NCBI GenBank assembly: GCA_029259775.1
Contig: JAJDEN010000028.1
Location: 1,204-65,203, forward strand
Source of the DNA: Planctomycetota bacterium
Lineage (GTDB): Bacteria > Planctomycetota > PLA2 > JAEUHO01
Direction: 5' to 3'
Length of the DNA: 64,000 bases
A model generated the notes under the pieces. It had not been told where the DNA came from. It searched no databases and worked only from the letters and a program-made list of their open reading frames with translations. A program made the translations under genes and the position numbers. Positions 8,091 through 16,339 of this stretch are shown here, in pieces (the first letter of the stretch is position 1; every line of letters begins with the position of its first letter).

Positions 8091-9211
8091 CAGCCGAGTA
8101 CCTCGGCGGCCTCACGCGCCGAGAGCACGTCGCCGCGGACCCACCGCCCGCGGCGCAGCTCCCCAACCGCGCAGATCTGGTCATCGATGCTCGCGAGATC
8201 GTGCGCATCGGCCGCGGGCATCACCCGCAGGCCACGCTGGCGGACCGCGGCGTGCCAACCCGCAGGCAGCACCGCGGCGTTCGGCCCCCCGCTCACGAGC
8301 GGCACGCGACCCTCCTTGGCGCAATCGTCCAACACGATCTCCCAGCCCGCGAGGTCGCGCGGGGCGTCCGCGGCGTCATCTCGGGGGTGCGCCAGCACCT
8401 TGACCGCACCCGCCGACAGGATACGAAGCGGCGATTCCTCCTCCGCCGCCATGCGCTCGGCTGCAAGGATCTCCCCCCGCTGCTCTCGCAGCTCATCGCC
8501 ATCGAGGTCCGCGTCCGCCAGCAGCATCCACGCGTAGCCCTCGCGGCGGGCACGCTCGGCCATCATCGGCAGCGAGTGCCGGCCGGCGCCGCGGTCTGTG
8601 TGGACACCCACGAGCCCGCGGAGATCGCCCATCGACACGAGATCCTCGGGCGGCGCGGAGAACTCCGGGCCCTCGCGAAGCTCGGGCGGTACGAAGGGGA
8701 GGTCCAAGGCCGCGTAGACGTCGGCTTCGTTCGGCGTGGGGATCTGCTCCTCGCCGCGCCAGAGTCCTTGCGGGTCGAGCAACATGCCGCGCGCATCGGC
8801 CGCGGCCATGAGCGCAGCGAAGTGGTCCTTGCGCGCGGTCAGGTACAGCAACTGGGCCGTGAAGGCCGTCTCGTCGTCGGGCAGCACGCGCAGCCCGATC
8901 GGGATCCCGTCGTCGGTGCGGCCCATGGCCACGTCGAGCTCCGGATGCTTGGCTCCGGTCAGCCATGGCAGGCCCAGGAAGGCCTGGATCAACGGGTCGG
9001 GGTCGTGGGCGGTCGCCAGCAGCACGACCCCCTCGACACGCGAGGCCATGCGCCTCAGGTCACCGGCCGGCGCCAGTCGGATCGCGGCCGGCTCGCGGGC
9101 CAGGGCGCCCAAGGCCCGGCTCGCCGCCGCCCGCGCCAGCGTGAGAGGGATCGACGGTTCGCTCGGCGTCGGAGGGGGCTCGTGCACCGCCGAAAGGTAC
9201 CCTGTCTCCAT
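8090..9211 (-). CDS. Truncated PolX-like protein (palm/thumb remnant plus degenerate PHP domain), probably catalytically inactive
   Basis: ORF 8090..9211. 'ADVYAALDLPFVPPELREG' is the characteristic PolX thumb-to-PHP junction. The expected palm Asp triad and the PHP H-x-H are not conserved ('VEGVVLLAT', 'GVHTDRGAG'). Its stop overlaps the nth start (TGATG). Confidence 0.65.
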   Translation of the reverse strand: METGYLSAVHEPPPTPSEPSIPLTLARAAASRALGALAREPAAIRLAPAGDLRRMASRVEGVVLLATAHDPDPLIQAFLGLPWLTGAKHPELDVAMGRTDDGIPIGLRVLPDDETAFTAQLLYLTARKDHFAALMAAADARGMLLDPQGLWRGEEQIPTPNEADVYAALDLPFVPPELREGPEFSAPPEDLVSMGDLRGLVGVHTDRGAGRHSLPMMAERARREGYAWMLLADADLDGDELREQRGEILAAERMAAEEESPLRILSAGAVKVLAHPRDDAADAPRDLAGWEIVLDDCAKEGRVPLVSGGPNAAVLPAGWHAAVRQRGLRVMPAADAHDLASIDDQICAVGELRRGRWVRGDVLSAREAAEVLG

Positions 9212-9887
9212 GCACCGCTGGAAAGAGGGTCTGATTGCCTCGGCCGTGATCGCGGTATGTCTCTACGGCGTCGTGGCCCAGTTCAGCCCGGAGGGCCAGC
9301 CGATAGGACGCCTGGGCGACATTCCGGCCATCGCCATGGGCGCGGTGCTGGACGACGACATCTCCCTTCGCGACATCGAGACCCCGCCCAAGCCGCGGAG
9401 CCTGCCGGGCTCGTTCGGGCGCAAGGCGACGGTGCTCTACACGTGGAGCGTCGCCTGCCCCTGCATCCTCGACCTCGAGGTCCGCCTCCGGAAGCTCCAC
9501 GCGCGCTACGGCCAGGCCCAGGGCGTGGCGTGGATCGCGCTCGCCGGCGAGCCGGGCGAGGAACTCGAAGCCCTGCGCGCCAAGCACGCGAAGCTGGCCG
9601 CCTTCTACCCCGTGCTCCGTGATCCCGAGCAGGTCGCCTGCCGGCGCATCGGCCTCCGGCACGCCGGCCAGGTCGCCGTCCTCGATGCCGACGGCCGCCT
9701 CGTCTACCGCGGCGCGATCGATGACCATTGGGAGACGGGGAAGGCGGAGTTCCTCGAGGCGGCCCTCCGTGCCGTGGTGGGGGGCAACAAGCCCGCTGTC
9801 GGCCAGCAGGAGCGGCGTTACGGCTGTGAGTTCGAACTCCCGGCCTCCTGCCGCGCCGACGATTCGGCCGCCGCGGGCGACTCGTAG
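9210..9887 (+). CDS. Membrane-anchored thioredoxin-fold (TlpA/redoxin-like) protein with an atypical 'ACPC' motif
   Basis: ORF 8736..9887. The first ATG, at 9210, gives an N-terminal TM helix (LIASAVIAVCLYGVVA). 'VLYTWSVACPC' aligns with the redoxin 'W-C-x-P-C' region. It lies directly upstream of ccoN. Confidence 0.65.
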   Translation: MHRWKEGLIASAVIAVCLYGVVAQFSPEGQPIGRLGDIPAIAMGAVLDDDISLRDIETPPKPRSLPGSFGRKATVLYTWSVACPCILDLEVRLRKLHARYGQAQGVAWIALAGEPGEELEALRAKHAKLAAFYPVLRDPEQVACRRIGLRHAGQVAVLDADGRLVYRGAIDDHWETGKAEFLEAALRAVVGGNKPAVGQQERRYGCEFELPASCRADDSAAAGDS

Positions 9888-9962
9888 GCGTCCGCCCGCG
9901 TTGCCCGCGTCGGGCGACGCTGCTACCTTCCGCATTCGCAACGGGTTGGGAGCACCTGGGCC

Positions 9963-11381
9963 TTGAAGATTCCGGTCGGCATTCCCGTCTTCGTGGCCGC
10001 TGCGGGCACGGATCCCAAGTTCGCCAAGATGGTCAGTCGGTGGCTCGTGAGCGCCGGCGTATGGCTGCTCCTGGCGAGCGCGGTCGGTCTGCTGGAAGCG
10101 TTCCGGCTCGTCGATCCCGAGATCCTCGCGGACCACGCCTTCCTGACCTTCGGCAGGCTGCGCCCCGTCCACACGATGACCATGCTCTTCGGTTGGGCCT
10201 CCATGGCGCTGGTCGGGCTCATGTTCTACGTCGTGGCCAAGTCCGCCTGGCTGCCGATGAACAATCCGCTCACCCGGCTCGAGCTGATCTCCAGCAACGC
10301 GGCGCTCTGGCTGGTCAACATCGGCGTAGGCGTGGGCGCGATCGCTCTGTGCACGGGCGACCTGAGCGGCGGCGGTGAGTACCGCCGCTATCCCTGGTAC
10401 TGCATGGCGCCGATCTTCGCCGCCATCGGCATCGTCGGGGTCGTCTTCTACCGCATCATCGCGCGGCGCAGGGTCGGCGCGGTCTACATCTCGTGCTGGT
10501 TCGCGATGGCCGCGACGTTCTGGGTCGCCGTCGTCGTCTTCATGGGCTACCAGACCTTCTGGAAGACCGGCCTCGCCTGGGTGATCGTGGACGGCTTCTA
10601 CATCCACAACGCCGTCGGCATGTGGTTCACGCCGCTGGCCGTGGGCCTCACCTACTACGCGCTGCCGAAGCTCCTGAACAAGCCCATCTACTCGTACGCG
10701 CTCGGCGTCCTGGGCTTCTTCACGCACCTCGTCTTCTACACGGTCATCGGCACGCACCACTACATCCACACGCCGCTGCCGCTCGCGCTGCAGACGACGG
10801 CCGTCATCTTCTCGGTGGCGATGATCGTCCCGGTGTGGGCCAGCACCGGCAACTTCCTCATGACGATGAAGGGTGAGCGCCTGGCGATCTCGCACAGCTA
10901 CTCGCTGCCCTTCATCTTCGTGGGTGTTCTCGGCTACGGCTTCGCTTCACTCCAAGGCAGCTTCGAGTCGCTGCGCTCCGTCCAGGAGACGTTGCACTTC
11001 ACCCACTACACGGTCGGTCATGCCCACTTCGCGATGTACGTGTTCGTCACGTTCCTCATCTGGGGCTGCATGTACGGACTGGTGCCGCGCATGACGGGCC
11101 GCGAGCCGCCGATCCTGCTCGTGACGCTCCACTTCTGGCTCGCCCTGGCTGGCATCGCCGTCTACGTCGTGGGGCTGTGCATCGGCGGCCAGGTCCAGGG
11201 TGAGTCCTGGGTCGCTGGGGAGCCGTTCATGGAGTCCGTCCGCAAGACGTTGCCTCACATGGTGTGGCGTTCCGTGGGCGGTGCGCTGATGCTCGTCTCG
11301 CACGTGTTCTTCTTTCTCGCCCTGTGGCGCATGCGCCCCGGTGCGTTCACGATGGCGTTCACCCCGGCGAAGGGAGGGTAG
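9963..11381 (+). CDS. ccoN: cbb3-type cytochrome c oxidase subunit I
   Basis: ORF 9963..11381 with a TTG start; the ATG at 10029 is an alternative. It is a polytopic membrane protein with 'FGRLRPVHT', 'HHYIH' and 'HYTVGHAH', matching the CcoN histidine ligand regions. Confidence 0.9.
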   Translation: MKIPVGIPVFVAAAGTDPKFAKMVSRWLVSAGVWLLLASAVGLLEAFRLVDPEILADHAFLTFGRLRPVHTMTMLFGWASMALVGLMFYVVAKSAWLPMNNPLTRLELISSNAALWLVNIGVGVGAIALCTGDLSGGGEYRRYPWYCMAPIFAAIGIVGVVFYRIIARRRVGAVYISCWFAMAATFWVAVVVFMGYQTFWKTGLAWVIVDGFYIHNAVGMWFTPLAVGLTYYALPKLLNKPIYSYALGVLGFFTHLVFYTVIGTHHYIHTPLPLALQTTAVIFSVAMIVPVWASTGNFLMTMKGERLAISHSYSLPFIFVGVLGYGFASLQGSFESLRSVQETLHFTHYTVGHAHFAMYVFVTFLIWGCMYGLVPRMTGREPPILLVTLHFWLALAGIAVYVVGLCIGGQVQGESWVAGEPFMESVRKTLPHMVWRSVGGALMLVSHVFFFLALWRMRPGAFTMAFTPAKGG

Positions 11382-11383
11382 GC

Positions 11384-12037
11384 ATGGCGTTCAACATCCA
11401 CACCAGCCACCGTCTCCTCTTCCTGATCCCGGCGGTCTCCTACTTGGTGCTCGTCGCCGTCTGCGCCGTGATCCCCGCGATGCTCGAGCAGCAGCGGGAG
11501 GCGGAGGTCGAGGCCCCCTTCGAGGATGCGCTGCTCGAGCGTGGCCGCAGGCTCTACCGCGACTTCAACTGCGTCGCGTGCCACACGCAGCAGATCCGGG
11601 GCGATGAGGCACTCGCCTCCGTCATCGAAGGCGAGCGGCTCATTCCCGTGCTGAAGGCCGACGCCCGCTTCGGCCGCGAGGTCGCCAGCCGCCGCGAGGA
11701 GTACGCCCATCAGCAGCCGCCCTTCATGGGCACGCAGCGCACGGGCCCCGACTTGAGTTCCGTCGGCCGTCGCTTGCCCGAGGCCCAGTGGCACTACTGG
11801 CACCTGTACACACCGCAGTCGGTTTCGCCCGATTCGCTCATGCCCCCGCACCGTTTCCTCTTCACGACCACGCAGCCGAGCGACGACGTCGCAGCCGACT
11901 ACGAGAAGGTGCTCAACATCGAGGGCCTCGGCCTGCCGGGCAAGGAACTCTGGGCCACGCCGGATGCACGCGCGCTCGTCGAGTACCTGCTCTCGCTCAA
12001 TCGCGAGTTCATCGAAGCGGAGGGGCTCAGCCGATGA
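11384..12037 (+). CDS. ccoO: cbb3-type cytochrome c oxidase subunit II (monohaem)
   Basis: ORF 11264..12037. The ATG at 11384 lies 2 nt after the ccoN stop. It has an N-terminal TM helix, a single 'CVACH' haem site, 'RTGPDLSSVGRR' and 'SLMPPH'. Confidence 0.9.
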   Translation: MAFNIHTSHRLLFLIPAVSYLVLVAVCAVIPAMLEQQREAEVEAPFEDALLERGRRLYRDFNCVACHTQQIRGDEALASVIEGERLIPVLKADARFGREVASRREEYAHQQPPFMGTQRTGPDLSSVGRRLPEAQWHYWHLYTPQSVSPDSLMPPHRFLFTTTQPSDDVAADYEKVLNIEGLGLPGKELWATPDARALVEYLLSLNREFIEAEGLSR

Positions 12038-12294
12038 CACTCATCCTCCAAAGCCTCCTGCCTCAGGTCCAGGCCTCCATCGAAGACGAGACGGGCCACA
12101 CGCATCCGACGTGGGAGGACTTCAAGGCCACCGATTGGATCTGGGTGGCGCTCGCCGGCGCGGTTGCTATCTGGGTCATCTGGAAGGCCGTCATGTACAC
12201 GCTGCGCCCCGGTGAGACCGAGCCGGACCACATCAAGCGCATGATCCTCACGGAGCCGAGCACGCCAGGTGCCGACGAGGGGCACGACGCATGA
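12034..12294 (+). CDS. Small single-TM protein in the CcoQ position
   Basis: The ATG at 12034 overlaps the ccoO stop (ATGA). The 86-aa product has one TM helix (WIWVALAGAVAIWVIWKAV). Its stop overlaps the next start (ATGA at 12291). Confidence 0.5.
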   Translation: MTLILQSLLPQVQASIEDETGHTHPTWEDFKATDWIWVALAGAVAIWVIWKAVMYTLRPGETEPDHIKRMILTEPSTPGADEGHDA

Positions 12295-15008
12295 ACGATC
12301 AGGAAGCCGAAGACCCGATCAAGATCTACCTCGACGACGCCGAGGAGCCGTTCAAGGTCGCTGAACCGCCGCTGAGATTCTCGCTCACCACCATCGCATT
12401 GGCCGACGGCGAGCACCGACTGCGTGTCGAGGCGCCGAACGGCCTCGCGCCGCCCACGATCAAGGAGATCCCATTCCGCGTACGCAACGGCGTGGCCGTG
12501 ACGGTGTCAGGTCTCGAACCGAACCAGACCATCGGCGGTCAGGTCGAGCTGATCGTCAACGCCTATGCCGGGAACACCGAGGTCGACTTCGAGCCCCGGC
12601 GCGCCGAGACGCCGCAGCCGATTCCGACGTGGGCCTGGGTGCTCTCCCTCGCCGTGCTGGCGTGGACGATGTTCTACGTGTTCAACCCCGCGCGGCCCCC
12701 GCGCGACGCGGCATCCAAGCCGTTCCGGGTCGACCGTGAGCTTGGCGAGCGGCTCTACATGGACACGTGCGCGCGCTGCCACGGCGAAGACGGTACGGGC
12801 CAGCGCGAGTCCGGCAACCCGGACAACTTCATCGTCAAGAAGCTCCGCAACACGCCCAATCTGGCCATCTCGGAGACGCCCTACAAGCTGCTCTTCAAGG
12901 TGGTGACGGGCACGCGCTCCACCGGCGAGGTGCAGATGCCGGCCTGGGGGCCGCGCTTGACGAACGAGGAGATCGTCGCGGTCGTCAACTTCGTTCGCAC
13001 CAGCTGGGGGCACGACGCCTCGATCATCGACCCGGTGCATCGCCAGGCGCCGCCTGGCATCGATGAACTCGAGGGCAACATTCTCGACGCCATGATGGGC
13101 AAGGATGCGAAACAGCTCCAGATCTGCTGTTGGCCGGACGGCGTACGCCCGCAGCTCTACCGCATTGACGGCCCGCGCTGGGCCGTGGGCCGCGATGATG
13201 TCGTGAACGAGTGGACGGGCTACTTCGAGGCCCTGGGCACGGGCGAAGTGGCGGACTTCCAACTCACGGATGTCCGCTACGCCTACGAGCGCGAAGCAGT
13301 CAGCAACATCGGTGCGCATGTCTTCGCGATGGGACGCATCTTCCAGAGCACGCGCGCCGCGGACGGCACCGAGGAGTCGGACCAGGGGCGCTTCATCCGC
13401 GTCTACCGCCGCATCAAGCGCCCGGGCGCTACGATTCCCGACGGCGCGCCGCTCGGCACGGAACCGCCGTCGATGTGGGCGCTCGTGTTCGACTTCGCCT
13501 CGATCCGGATGCGCGTCGGCTGTGAGGTCGATCCCGCGGAAGATTGCCCGCCCGAGGACGTACCCATCTCCGCCGACGGCATCGGCTACGCCGAGGTGCA
13601 GACGTTCTTCCGCACACTCAACAAGGATCACGGCGACGCACCGCACGAGGACTTCTGGGAGCTGAGCTACGAGAAGTTCGTCAACTTCGAGTTCCCGCCC
13701 TCGTGGGACGACGTCGACGCGAAGTTCATCAAGCTGCTCGAGGTCGGCAACAGCAAGGATTCGAACCTGATCAAGGCGCTGCGCGACGGCCGCGGTCTCA
13801 GCGTCAGGGATGCCTCGGGCCAGGTGACGCGCATGGACGTCGACCCGATGCCCAAGGGCGGCAAGATGCCGGACGAGGAGATCGCCAAGATCGCCGCCTG
13901 GATCGACGCCGGGTGCCCCGAGATCGCAAACAGCGGGTCCGGTGGCGGCGCAAAGCCCCCTCCGAAGGACGGTGAGACGAAAGACGACACGAAGAAGGAC
14001 ACGGAGAAGAAGGCCGCGACCGGCTCCGGCTCGATCGGGTATGCCGACGTGCAGAACATCTTCAAGTCCCTGCGGCGTGACCCGGGTGACGCGGGTCATG
14101 AGGACTTCTGGAATCTCGACTACGACGACTTCGTCGGCGGCGACGGATTCCCCTACAGCTGGGACAACGCGGAGATGCGCGTCAAGCTCGTCGTCCCCTG
14201 GCGTGCCAAGGACAGCAACCTGATCAAGGCGCTGAAGGACGGCAAGGGCATCGTCGTCAACATGCCCGACGGCTCGACCGTCCGGCGCAACATCAGCCGC
14301 ATGCCCAAAGGCGGTGCCGCCGTCCCCGCGGGGGACCTCCAGCGCATCGCCGCCTGGATCGACGCGGGCTGCCCGAAGGAGGCCGGGGGCACGTCGCCGT
14401 GGCCGAAGCCCGGCGGTGCCGTGAAGGACGAGCCCGAGAAGGCCGACCCCAAGAAGGACGAGCCCAAGAAGGCCGACCCCAAGAAGGAGCCCCCGAACGC
14501 CAAGGACGGCCCCAAGGCGCCGCCGAAGCAGCCGGCCAAGACGTCCAAGCTCGGCTATGCCGAGGTCATCAAGCTCTTCAAGAAGCTGCGCCAGAAGGCG
14601 CCCAATGCGCCGCATAGCAGCTTCTGGCGCGAGCTCTCCTGGAAGGAGTTCGTCGAGTTCGAGTTCCCTGAGGGCCCGGGCAAGGAGGGCATGGTCGTCA
14701 TGCTCGTGCCCTACAGCAGCGCCGAGAGCAATCTGATCAAGGCGCTCAGGGACGGCAAGGGGCTGAAGATCACGTTTCCTGATGGCCGCGTGGAGTCCCG
14801 CGACATCGCGCCGATGCCCAAGGACGCCGACCCGATGCCCGCAGCGGACGTGCAGGCGATTGCCGACTGGATCGACGCCGGCTGCCCGGAGAACGCGGGC
14901 CAGCCGTCCTCGCTGAAGCGGGGTGGGGCGGCCAAGGCGCCCGCCAAGAACGAGGCACCGAAGCCGCAGCCGGCCTCGGACTTCCCAGCACCGAAGGGTG
15001 GGGGCTAG
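12291..15008 (+). CDS. CcoP-position mosaic protein: N-terminal soluble domain, TM helix, monohaem cytochrome c, unknown ~170-aa domain, three haem-less PSCyt-like modules
   Basis: ORF 12291..15008 (905 aa). It has a single 'CARCH' with 'MPAWG'. Three ~115-aa repeats each end 'MPKGG..P...I..IA.WIDAGCP'. K/P/E-rich linkers separate the repeats. Confidence 0.8.
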   Translation: MNDQEAEDPIKIYLDDAEEPFKVAEPPLRFSLTTIALADGEHRLRVEAPNGLAPPTIKEIPFRVRNGVAVTVSGLEPNQTIGGQVELIVNAYAGNTEVDFEPRRAETPQPIPTWAWVLSLAVLAWTMFYVFNPARPPRDAASKPFRVDRELGERLYMDTCARCHGEDGTGQRESGNPDNFIVKKLRNTPNLAISETPYKLLFKVVTGTRSTGEVQMPAWGPRLTNEEIVAVVNFVRTSWGHDASIIDPVHRQAPPGIDELEGNILDAMMGKDAKQLQICCWPDGVRPQLYRIDGPRWAVGRDDVVNEWTGYFEALGTGEVADFQLTDVRYAYEREAVSNIGAHVFAMGRIFQSTRAADGTEESDQGRFIRVYRRIKRPGATIPDGAPLGTEPPSMWALVFDFASIRMRVGCEVDPAEDCPPEDVPISADGIGYAEVQTFFRTLNKDHGDAPHEDFWELSYEKFVNFEFPPSWDDVDAKFIKLLEVGNSKDSNLIKALRDGRGLSVRDASGQVTRMDVDPMPKGGKMPDEEIAKIAAWIDAGCPEIANSGSGGGAKPPPKDGETKDDTKKDTEKKAATGSGSIGYADVQNIFKSLRRDPGDAGHEDFWNLDYDDFVGGDGFPYSWDNAEMRVKLVVPWRAKDSNLIKALKDGKGIVVNMPDGSTVRRNISRMPKGGAAVPAGDLQRIAAWIDAGCPKEAGGTSPWPKPGGAVKDEPEKADPKKDEPKKADPKKEPPNAKDGPKAPPKQPAKTSKLGYAEVIKLFKKLRQKAPNAPHSSFWRELSWKEFVEFEFPEGPGKEGMVVMLVPYSSAESNLIKALRDGKGLKITFPDGRVESRDIAPMPKDADPMPAADVQAIADWIDAGCPENAGQPSSLKRGGAAKAPAKNEAPKPQPASDFPAPKGGG

Positions 15009-15084
15009 AGGACTCCGGCAATCCGCCGGGGGAACTCTTGCCGTCGGCTGAGATGTACGTACCTTTTCACCCGCTGATCGACGT

Positions 15085-15161
15085 GCCCGCTTAGCTCAGT
15101 TGGTTAGAGCAGCAGATTCTTAATCTGCGGGTCCTAGGTTCGAGTCCTAGAGCGGGTACCA
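15085..15161 (+). tRNA. tRNA-Lys (anticodon CTT), CCA encoded
   Basis: Manual cloverleaf: acceptor gcccgct/agcgggt, D-arm tagctcagttggttagagc, anticodon stem gcaga/tctgc with loop ttCTTaa, T-arm ctagg-ttcgagt-cctag. Confidence 0.93.
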
Positions 15162-15290
15162 CTTCATTTCATGCCTCGTCGGTCGCGCGAGTCCTCCGCA
15201 TGCGTTCCGCCCTGCCGTGCGGACTGGACGTCCCGGCTGCGCCGCGCCGCCGGGGGAGCTAGTGCCTACCTCCCCCGAACCCCCTCACGC

Positions 15291-15319
15291 GGTTCGAGTC
15301 CTAGCGCGGGTACCACTTC
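15291..15319 (+). repeat. Duplicated copy of the tRNA-Lys 3' end (T-loop to CCA plus 4 nt), att-like direct repeat
   Basis: ggttcgagtcctagCgcgggtaccacttc at 15291-15319 matches 15137-15165 at 28 of 29 positions, 154 bp downstream. Confidence 0.8.
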
Positions 15320-15741
15320 CCTTCGTACACGCCGCTGAAGGGCACGTCGATCCCGCGCGCTACTTCTTCGGCGCGCCCGGCGTCGTCACCTTCCGCATGG
15401 CCGCGCTCCTCCCGTGCCTCGGGGTACGTCCACCATAGGAACGCGGGGCGTCTCGGCTCTGCAGCGCCTGCTTCCTGGGCTGCAGCCTCGATCGCTCGGC
15501 CGCCGTCATGCGGTGCCAGCGCGGAGCGAGAGGCCGATCCCGGGCGCCGGCTCGGATTCCACGCCGACGGGATGATGATGCGACCGTGAGAGCTGCATGC
15601 ACCAGGGTGTCGCCCGCGCAAGGCAACGGTCCGTCGGCTTCCCCTTTTCCCGGCGCCCGGGAGCACGAAACCTAGGCCCGTGGTGGGAGAGCGACCACAG
15701 CCATTTCCAGCCGTCTTGAGACTGGAATGAGACTCGGACGG

Positions 15742-16338
15742 TCAGGCAGACCGGCGTCGCTGGACGGCCACCGGGCGCACCGCGACGGGGCGTACGGCGG
15801 CAGGCCGGGCGGCGACGGCTGGTACAGGCCGAAGCGGCACGACCCGGGCGGGTCGGCGCGCCGGCTGCGCCCGCACCGCGGGGCGAGCGGGGCGGACGGG
15901 CTCGATACGGCGCGCAGGCTGGGTGCGTCCGCCGGCTTGGATGCGGCGCGGCCGCACACGACGCGCGCTCGTGGTCGCGGCGCCGCGGCAGCCTGCCGCG
16001 AGCAGTCCCAGGCCCACGAGGAAGGAGAGCAGCATGCCGATCTTGACCATGGACTCATGGCGACTGTGGAGCGCGTAGTCCTTCGACGCCCACCACGTTT
16101 CGTAGGAGCCGAGCCAGACCGAGTATGCCTCGCTGCCAGGCTCCGGCGCGAAGCCGGGGTCCTTGGCTGATTCGAGCTGCGCGACGCTGCGCGCGCTCTC
16201 ACCGTCTGCGATGCCGCTTCGTGCGTCCGCGGTCAGCAGCAGATACATCAGCAGGTGGCCCGCTGCCAGGATCACGAAGCCGAGCGTCACCATGGACGCA
16301 GTGCGGCTGCCCTTCGACGTGCCCCCCGGGTCGGACAT
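15742..16338 (-). CDS. Hypothetical two-TM membrane protein with an Arg/Pro-rich tail
   Basis: Internal ATG at 16338 of ORF 15742..16671 (MSDPGGTSKGSR...). It has two hydrophobic helices, sits 1 nt downstream of the preceding gene's stop codon (16340-16342) and has high third-position GC throughout. Confidence 0.5.
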   Translation of the reverse strand: MSDPGGTSKGSRTASMVTLGFVILAAGHLLMYLLLTADARSGIADGESARSVAQLESAKDPGFAPEPGSEAYSVWLGSYETWWASKDYALHSRHESMVKIGMLLSFLVGLGLLAAGCRGAATTSARRVRPRRIQAGGRTQPARRIEPVRPARPAVRAQPARRPARVVPLRPVPAVAARPAAVRPVAVRPVAVQRRRSA

Positions 16339-16339
16339 C

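Noticed and set aside
9209-9212. The divergent PolX-like and thioredoxin-like genes sharing their start codons in one CATG palindrome.
   Set aside because: At least one start is more likely mis-set. An in-frame GTG at 9187 and later Met codons exist for the minus-strand gene. I treat this as an annotation uncertainty, not biology.
12507-14615. 702-aa minus-strand ORF.
   Set aside because: It is antisense to the CcoP-position gene, whose plus frame has a haem motif, a TM helix and internally consistent protein repeats. The minus-frame product is Arg/Leu/Gly/Asp-rich with no features.
15162-15741. Possible integrated island or integrase next to tRNA-Lys (ORFs 15217..15438, 15301..15666, 15360..15626).
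   Set aside because: The ORFs are short and Arg/Pro/Gly-rich, with no integrase motifs such as the R...HxxR...Y pattern. Only the att-like repeat itself is reported.
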